The notes below the pieces were generated by a model. That model saw only the letters and a list, made by a program, of their open reading frames with translations. It ran no database searches and was not told the DNA's origin. Source: Octopus sinensis (Eukaryota). Taken from it: a stretch of DNA of 64,000 nt. This document shows, piece after piece, positions 58,332 through 64,000 of this stretch. Made by a program: the position numbers and the translations under genes. The first letter of the stretch is position 1. Each line of letters opens with the position of its first letter. The stretch covers positions 62,001-126,000 of the forward strand of contig NW_021833032.1 in NCBI RefSeq assembly GCF_006345805.1, in the 5' to 3' direction.

Positions 58332-58406
<75 letters not shown>

Positions 58407-58700
58407 GTATAAACTTAGATAAACTTAGATATGTTTCGACCAAAGGGGACGTATAGCCCGTGGTCCAAGTCTTGGATGAACCTTGAAGCTAATGTTAGGT
58501 CGTTTGGGCAAAGTTGGCGGTATATTTTCCACATCGTACAAATGATGTACCGCTCAAGGCGACGCTGGAGGGAGTAAAGTTTCAAGGCTTTAAGGCGATC
58601 CCAATAATCGAGAGCAGCCATGCCTTCAATTTGTTTAGTGAGAGCCCTCTGGGGTGACTCAATTCTGGAGATGTTTTGTCTTGTGTGAGGAGACCACAGT

Positions 58701-58741
<41 letters not shown>

Positions 58742-61700
58742 CTGTGTGTCTGTGTGTAGTTTCTCCTGATGACCCCACAAGCCTGCTAGTTTCCAGTATT
58801 ATCAGTGTCTTTTTCCGAACCGCTAGGTTATGGCGAGGTAAACACAGCAACATCAGTTGCCAGAAAATTTTAATGACATTCATAGATTTTATAAAGGAGT
58901 TCATTCTACAAAAACATAAATCACCAGTTTAGCATTATTTCCCTTTATTTGAGTTGTTCCACAATTTTCGCGCTTTTTGTGAGAGCAAAATACAAATAGA
59001 AAAGACCATCAAATAGCTTCCATAGTATTCTTCGTTGAATTTCTAACAACTGAAATAATTGTAAATGAAAGTCGTAACATGCTCTTATAGTCTTCATTAA
59101 TAATTTTCTTTAAATATCTCACATGTATTGATTCCAACCTTAACACTTTTACATTTGGTTTACACCACAAAGTGTTTATTTCCTCTTATTCTTATACATT
59201 ACATATTTGGTTCCTAATACGAATATTTTTGTATTGTATAGATTACTCGTTATTTCAACGCAATTTGCAGTGTCAAACATGTTCAGCTTTTACGTGCAAG
59301 GAATCAGAAATGACAAACTGTATAGGCGATGAGGTAAGCTGAAATGTTACATTCTTCTTTTTAATATACACTTAACCCTCACTTAAAGCCAATATGGCTA
59401 CGTAACCTGTCCCAAGATTTAGCAAGTTGTTATAGGTGCCCATGAAATCGTAAGTAGATACATACATCCTCTCAGTCTTTCCATCCTTGAATCAGCAGAA
59501 CATAGATTAGTGGAATGTGTGAACATACGTGTCTTGGAGTCAGCTTGGAAGCTTGTTCAGGGACCTCCGATCGCATGACTTATGAGATATTCCTGTATCT
59601 TAGAATTTTCGTTTGAACGATGGCTATGTTATCAGGCAAGTCACTGATTTCAAAGTACGGGCAGTTATTCTCCACATCTGTGCTACCAGATGCTCCACAA
59701 CGATGTTCTGAAAGCAATGCATTCGTACAGTGAAGGTGGTATTCCCAGTTTAGTAGTTGTGTGATACCTCTGTGTGAAGGGGGATCGATTTCTCAGGGCA
59801 TCAGAAAGTTTTCCTAGGGAACCCTCGATCTCAATTAGGTGAATTTGAAACTGCACTTTATACACAAGGCTGTGTGAGAGTAATGCAAAGAAGGGGCTAC
59901 AGAGAACATCGAAATCCTGCTTTAACGGTTCCAGGGGTCTATAGATTTACGACTGGATTTTACTGATGTAACTGTACAGACTCGGAGCATCCCAGATTGG
60001 TCATCTTAATCGGATCTTGAAAGAGTGTTAGGCCAGCAGATAAGGATAGTGTAGGATACCCTTAGTTTGAAGTGGAAGTTGGACGTGTGTCTTCGAACTT
60101 GCAAAGATTACAGGGGTTACACTAATAAATTTGTGAAGCAATACAATAGTTGAAAGGGATTATCATCCACGACCAGTGGTAGTGCGTCCTTAAAGGGACG
60201 AAGAGGACATTTAAGTTAAAGAGCGTTTAGCGAAGTGCTATCGATAGGGTCCACGCAGAGATATGAAGCTTTCCCACAGCATTTCGTTCATCTGTTCGGG
60301 ACAGGCAATGGATCGGAGACAGTAGTGTTCTGCAGTACTTATATCGATGGACTATCGGCAGATGTGAAATGTAGCGAGAAGCCGATTACATCATTTGAAA
60401 TATTGAGAGCAATAGACTCTTGCACAAGGCGTAAATAGTCCAGTTTGGATGGTCTGCCTTTCAGGTTTTAGTAATACATGCCAGACGAAATCATTCTGCA
60501 GTCACTCGTTCAATGTCCGGATATTGCTGATTTGTGGAGTTATGATAAACAACTCCTGTCTGATGGGGGACGGTTCTGGCTATCAACCGAGTACAGCATG
60601 ATGAATGCTCCGCCACCAAACTTTAATCAGAGTAGGGAAAGTAGTTTTCCTCTGTCTGGTGACTATAACGAAGGAGGTTGAGTGTAAGATGTAAGTTATG
60701 AGTTCTAAGACATTCCTCTTTTGGTCGACGCCTCATTGACCTCTTCAAGATTCAATTACGAAATAAATTGTGTGTGGAGAGGAAGGTGCTGTCCATAAGT
60801 GAATTTATTGAAAGGTTGGTGAAAACGGTTGACGTTGCAAGAGCGAATGGCACTGCTCTAAACGTATAGACCCGTGTGACGGAAGAAAATTAATTGGAGA
60901 GGGCAGTTGCCCTTAATATTCAGGGTGAGGTTGGATGGTGGGGTTCTTCGATTGGTTCCAGAGGTCCTCCTTCATTACGAGGATCACATCACCATCGTCT
61001 TTAAACTCGTATGCCATTCTCTTTTATATTGTATACCGTGCATGCTTATTTGCATATATTTACGATTCCATTCTATGAGCATCCACACACTTTATGTCTT
61101 TATTTGTATTGGTCACTCATCAGTCGCCCATTACCAAAATACAAAAATGATTATTACAATCATTATTATTGGGATAAATCCAACTTTACCAGAAATAATT
61201 ACTTCACGTTTTTTTTAAAGTTTATAAATTATTAAGACGTCAGCAACATAGAATTTTCGCTGAAAACAATAAAGTTTCTAAAACGGGTAGAGAGATGCGA
61301 AGGATTGCCTTGGTCTGATGTTACAACACCAATCATGATAACAGGAGATGTGGGTTCGAATTCCGCAGGTAGCCTCCGACACCATTTTTATCCAAAGGGT
61401 TTTCTAAACCAATATTAATACTCTATTATTTATAGCTTGCCTAATTCAAGATTCATCGTTTCAAGAAAGAATTATCAAGAAGTGTGATGTTTTTCAGTGA
61501 TTCTTCATGATCTGGGATATTTTCTCTCCAACTTTTATGCGAATATTGTGTATCTTCATTTTATTGCAATAGAATATGCATGCCGAGGAGAAGCATATAC
61601 TACACCTTTTTTTCCCCAAAACCTAAGTGTTTAAGTCCAGCCCTTTTTTTGATTATCCTTATTTACGGCAGTTACCGCTGCGCTTGTTTCTGTTGTTGCT

Positions 61701-62322
61701 GAGGTTCACACCTAAGATATTTCGTACACTTTCTATGAAGACTTCACTGTGCAATACGCAAAAAGTATCGGTTAAATGATAAGGTTTTCAATGGAATTTA
61801 TCATTTCTTTTTTTCTGCGTTTGGGAATGGGTGACAGAGCGGTGTTGATATGGTTTCGTTACGTATCTCCAAAGTATATCACACATCATTTACAAGCGAT
61901 AAATATAAGTAAAATCTCCAGAACATTGCTTATGCAGTTGTCTTTCAAGACTTGATCAGTTTGTATCGATCCGATCCAATTCGTTGCTTTTCGATAAGTT
62001 TTTGAATTATCATTCATTTAACTTTCGCGCATTCTAAATATTCCCTATGCTGTTGCTGTTGCTTGCAGCAGCAGTAGTAGTAGTATCATCATCAACAGAA
62101 GTAGTAGTAGTATATGATTTTTGTATTTATTGCAACAGCCTGTATGTGAAAATAAGATAACGATGAAGGGTGTTACACTGGAGTTTGAAAAATCCTGCAG
62201 CACATACAGAAAATGTATTGCAGCTCTGAGAAACAATCCCTTTACATGCAATAACTGGACCAGTGGCGCTTCTTGTGTTAGTTGTTGCACCGGAAACTTA
62301 TGTAACGGGAACCATTCCATTG
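10367..62322 (+). CDS. Spliced gene for a secreted or cell-surface LRR protein with a Ly6/uPAR (three-finger)-like domain; 3' end probably outside the window
   Basis: join(10367-10548,20557-20628,27775-27846,32621-32692,36970-37041,40411-40482,46533-46702,59242-59333,62139-62322). All introns are GT-AG, phases 2,2,2,2,2,2,1,0 are compatible, and there is no stop. Product: SP-LRRNT-LRRs-LRRCT-LU-like. Confidence 0.88.
11090..12368 (+). mobile_element. Internally deleted Tx1-like LINE (5' UTR/ORF1 start joined to a 3' end)
   Basis: Shares 5' sequence (TTGAGTTAGTCA...GACCAC) and ORF start (ESYAKMAAA / ENYAKTTSV...[12 protein letters not shown]) with 12370-12990; T-rich 3' end then AATAAAAAA. 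Confidence 0.5.
12370..12990 (+). mobile_element. Second 5'/ORF1 fragment of the same LINE family
   Basis: Diverged paralogue of 11090-11710. Confidence 0.5.
15050..19400 (-). mobile_element. Decayed Tx1/L1-clade LINE (ORF1 zinc knuckle, APE endonuclease, RT)
   Basis: Minus strand: [18 protein letters not shown] (CCHC, ~18600-18650), [12 protein letters not shown] (endonuclease), [12 protein letters not shown] (~16535-16570), [14 protein letters not shown] at 16411-16422, GGLGMP; deletions and stops. Confidence 0.85.
20285..20518. repeat. (CTT)n/(CAT)n polypyrimidine microsatellite
   Basis: Direct reading; ends ~40 nt before the exon 2 acceptor. Confidence 0.95.
20557..20628 (+). CDS. Exon 2: one LRR, 72 nt, phase 2-2
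   Basis: ttccag|G...CT|gtaagt; [23 protein letters not shown](L). Confidence 0.93.
21011..23070 (+). mobile_element. Decayed hAT (Buster/Charlie-type) DNA transposon
   Basis: 5' end CTGTGGTTCTTAACC resembles a hAT TIR; BED-type finger [24 protein letters not shown]; [12 protein letters not shown]; catalytic-region [10 protein letters not shown]; stops and deletions. Confidence 0.85.
23264..23349 (+). ncRNA. Type I hammerhead ribozyme motif (long stem II)
   Basis: ACTTTC-CTGAAGA-GAAAATTGCATTG...CAGTGGAATTTTC-GAAA-CATGT-GTC-AAAAGT; homologue on the minus strand at 47646-47732. Confidence 0.65.
24162..25497 (-). mobile_element. Penelope-like element 3' part (RT C-terminus, Cys linker, GIY-YIG)
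   Basis: [14 protein letters not shown]; [10 protein letters not shown]; [27 protein letters not shown]; bracketed by (TA)n. Confidence 0.88.
27775..27846 (+). CDS. Exon 3: one LRR, 72 nt, phase 2-2
   Basis: tttcag|G...CT|gtgagt; [23 protein letters not shown](L); not in the ORF track. Confidence 0.92.
30883..32125 (+). mobile_element. Full-length inactive mariner transposon
   Basis: Perfect 20-bp TIRs TTAGGTCGTCAAGTATGAAA, TA target duplication, 1243 bp; [14 protein letters not shown]..., [18 protein letters not shown]; stops and frameshifts. Confidence 0.95.
32621..32692 (+). CDS. Exon 4: one LRR, 72 nt, phase 2-2
   Basis: ttccag|A...AT|gtatgt; [23 protein letters not shown](M/I). Confidence 0.9.
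32953..33668 (-). mobile_element. Degenerate mariner remnant (copy B counterpart at 40740-41428)
   Basis: TACGAGGTGTATTCAAAA-type end; the minus strand of copy B reads [18 protein letters not shown] (YSPDLAP-like motif). Confidence 0.7.
35118..36873 (-). mobile_element. Penelope-like element with 5' inversion
   Basis: Minus-strand GIY-YIG (35718-36050: [16 protein letters not shown]...[10 protein letters not shown]) and 3' region; plus-strand RT part (36051-36873: [43 protein letters not shown]). Confidence 0.9.
35251..35293 (-). ncRNA. Minimal hammerhead ribozyme motif in the PLE 3' region
   Basis: Minus strand AAC-CTGAAGA-tTGCA...TGTAt-GAAA-GTAC-TA-GTT; palindromic stem III region AGTACT; weak stems. 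Confidence 0.55.
36970..37041 (+). CDS. Exon 5: LRR, duplicate of exon 3
   Basis: tttcag|G...CT|gtgagt; [23 protein letters not shown](L). Confidence 0.88.
40045..40183 (+). mobile_element. 5' stub of the mariner in copy B
   Basis: Left TIR retained; the rest is deleted. Confidence 0.85.
40411..40482 (+). CDS. Exon 6: LRR, duplicate of exon 4
   Basis: ttccag|A...AT|gtatgt; [23 protein letters not shown](I). Confidence 0.88.
46533..46702 (+). CDS. Exon 7: last LRR strand plus LRRCT cap
   Basis: tttcag|T...A|gttagt; [56 protein letters not shown] (CxC...C...C); not in the ORF track. Confidence 0.88.
46755..46955 (+). mobile_element. Diverged tRNA-derived SINE
   Basis: GGCGAG... head and B-box-like AGTTCAAACTCC; homologous to 5780-5987 (-). 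Confidence 0.6.
47055..47428 (+). mobile_element. Near full-length Octopus-type SINE
   Basis: tRNA-like head GTGGCTCTGTGGTAAGAAGCTTGCTTCCCAACC, internal microsatellite, 3' part shared with 2995-3200, (AAAGAAT)n tail. Confidence 0.8.
48212..48642. mobile_element. Fold-back Penelope-type terminal-repeat element
   Basis: ~175-bp near-perfect inverted arms around a 5-nt loop (48463-48467), ~75-bp unpaired left tail, (TA)n on both sides. Confidence 0.85.
48500..48543 (+). ncRNA. Minimal type I hammerhead ribozyme (mirror copy at 48387-48430, - strand)
   Basis: CCAC-CTGACGA-ATGTC/GACAT-GAAA-CAATT-GTA-GTGG; full core, palindromic stem III region ACAATTGT. Confidence 0.85.
48670..52235 (+). mobile_element. 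Probable PLE 3' end with expanded internal microsatellite
   Basis: Starts [30 protein letters not shown] (like a GIY-YIG C-terminus); ends with a hammerhead-like motif at 52187-52221; (TA)n on both sides. Confidence 0.55.
49197..51121. repeat. (TACA)n/(CA)n compound microsatellite, ~1.9 kb
   Basis: Direct reading. Confidence 0.97.
52261..56532. mobile_element. Large inverted-repeat element of the same Penelope-type family
   Basis: ~1-kb arms 52261-53298 and ~55419-56455, ~75-bp tail on the right, hammerhead motif in each arm. Confidence 0.85.
56319..56361 (+). ncRNA. Minimal type I hammerhead ribozyme (mirror copy at 52357-52399, - strand)
   Basis: CCAC-CTGAAGA-TTGTC/GACAA-GAAA-CAATT-GTA-GTGG. 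Confidence 0.85.
57917..58337. mobile_element. Second short fold-back element
   Basis: ~170-bp inverted arms around loop 58163-58167, same ~75-bp tail, (TA)n flanks. Confidence 0.85.
58198..58240 (+). ncRNA. Minimal type I hammerhead ribozyme (mirror copy at 58090-58132, - strand)
   Basis: CCAC-CTGACGA-ATGTC/GACAT-GAAA-CGATT-GTA-GTGG. Confidence 0.8.
58410..58702 (-). mobile_element. CR1-type LINE 3' fragment, same family as 1050-1960, internally deleted
   Basis: [23 protein letters not shown]...LKLYSLQRR; (ATCTAAGTTT)2 tail; within (TA)n. Confidence 0.9.
59242..59333 (+). CDS. Exon 8: linker plus N-terminal part of the LU/three-finger-like domain
   Basis: gtatag|AT...GAG|gtaagc; (N)[30 protein letters not shown]; phase 1-0 bridges exons 7 and 9. 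Confidence 0.85.
59400..61135 (+). mobile_element. Highly decayed Tx1/L1-clade LINE
   Basis: [29 protein letters not shown] linker motif; T-rich 3' end like the other copies. Confidence 0.5.
62139..62322 (+). CDS. Exon 9: C-terminal part of the LU/three-finger-like domain
   Basis: caacag|CCT...ATTG|gtaagc; [61 protein letters not shown] with the CCxxxxCN signature. Confidence 0.9.
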
Positions 62323-63334
62323 GTAAGCGATGTTTATTTTATAATATAAGTTAACCTGATTTATTAGACGTGAGTGCTTAATAAGAAAATTGTATAATAG
62401 TTAATATATGAAAAGGTATAATTGCCGTAATCAGTTTTCAAAATTTATTGCGTTCCCATTAAAGGTGCGTACATCACTCGACCAATCCCAGAGAAACAAG
62501 TAACACAGCTGTTTATATAAACAACAGTTCTTGTAACTTCAGACACCTGGAGACACTAATTTGTATATTATTACTATACAACACTTTATTTAAAATCGGA
62601 CATTCTGTCAACAAAAATGTCAGTCGACAATGCACACACACATACACGCACGCACACACACGCATACACACACGCACACATAACACACACTCACACATAT
62701 ACACGTATATATATTTATGTGTGTGTGCGTTTTAGTTGATGTGTCGGCTGCGTTTCAGGTTTAGGAGAATATATTCTTAAAAACACCTGAACGTAAGTTA
62801 GAGGGAAGTGAAGCAACTTACATCAAGTCCCCTTTTCTGAGTGACAGACTATGATGCATGGTCATTGTTGTGACTTTCAATGTCACGTACCGAACAAGAT
62901 CTGCTGCAAGTTATATCACTGACTATAACTATATGTTAAATGGCTTAAACTCTAATCCATAATTGAATCCTTTTCCGTGGTATCAAATACTGGGAAATGC
63001 CAATAGAGGATATTAATCTTTATATGAAACAGAATATTCAAAAATGAAATAGAAGCAGCACTCGTGTTATAAGCTTCATCGATCACATACTTAATGTGTT
63101 ATGTGTTTGAAGGTAGACTGCGATTCAACGAAGCGGGTATCATCCTGTCAAATTACAAGTTGTTAAGCATCGACGCCCATCCCCACTGAATGGAATTTGG
63201 GGCGTGTTGTCTAGCCTGTCCATGACTTTCAGGTGCTTAAAAAAACCCGGTGGTTTGTAGTAGTAATACACATCACGCTGTTTCGGAGCCTACTATGCAA
63301 CAAATCGTCTTCCTTAGTCGAAGATATATGTAAT

Positions 63335-63778
63335 TTAGAGATGTTTCGGCCAAAGATGGGTCCAGGTCATGTCTAACTTAATAGTACAGCCTAATGGGAT
63401 TTGCTAAATCCTTCTTATATGTCATATTTTGTGGTATCATGGCCCATTCGAGTAAGGAGTTCTTGTTGATTTATTTGTATCCAGGAATATGTGGTTTACT
63501 GACATCCCTTGAAGAAATTCCTCTAGATTCCCTTCAAATGTTATGGGGTCCTTTCTCTCATTGATCTGTTTTGAGACAATGTTAAATAGGGCAGGGCATG
63601 TTGAGGAAAAGAATTTGTGTGGCTGTGTTTGTGTTTTGTGATTCTGAATTGTGTATGGCCAAAGGTCCTAACCTTGGATGGATTCTGAAACTAAATTTGA
63701 GGTCGTTGGGGGAATGCTGATGGAATATTCTCTATATCGTTCAAATGATATATTGCTCACGGCGGCGCTGGAGATAAT
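63335..63778 (-). mobile_element. Older CR1-type LINE 3' fragment
   Basis: Minus strand LQRRREQYII*TI*RIFHQHSPNDLKFSFRIHPRLG. Confidence 0.8.
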
Positions 63779-63781
63779 AGA

Positions 63782-63840
<59 letters not shown>

Positions 63841-64000
63841 TGTGTGTGTGTGTGTGTGTGCGTTTGCGTATTAAAAATGTAGCATATGATAAACAAGACG
63901 AAAATAGAGAGTATATACATATAATCTAATTTATTAACTTATAGATAATTAACTTATAGATAATCAGTTTTACTCAATACCGATTACAAATTTATAAAAA

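Noticed and set aside
61300-61380. tRNA gene (GGTTCGAATTCC B-box)
   Set aside because: No convincing cloverleaf; more likely a decayed SINE head.

Overview
AT-rich, microsatellite- and transposon-dense eukaryotic DNA. The SINEs, TAA-associated R4/Dong LINEs and Penelope-type repeats match my recollection of Octopus (cephalopod) genomes; that assignment is inferred. One spliced + strand gene spans most of the window and is largely missed by the ORF track. It has 9 coding exons (10367-10548, 20557-20628, 27775-27846, 32621-32692, 36970-37041, 40411-40482, 46533-46702, 59242-59333, 62139-62322) and ends on a splice donor, so it probably continues beyond the window. It encodes signal peptide - LRRNT - 24-aa LRRs (one per 72-nt phase-2 exon) - LRRCT - a 12-Cys Ly6/uPAR (three-finger)-like domain. 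Two LRR exons come from an internal tandem duplication (~7.4 kb and ~6.2 kb copies) that directly flanks an inverted Penelope-like element. All five amino-acid differences between the duplicated exons lie at exposed concave-face LRR positions, suggesting a diversifying recognition receptor with a VLR-like layout. The introns also hold Penelope-type fold-back elements with minimal hammerhead ribozyme motifs, plus decayed CR1, Tx1/L1, R4/Dong, mariner, hAT and SINE copies. Everything was read by eye; no database searches were run.
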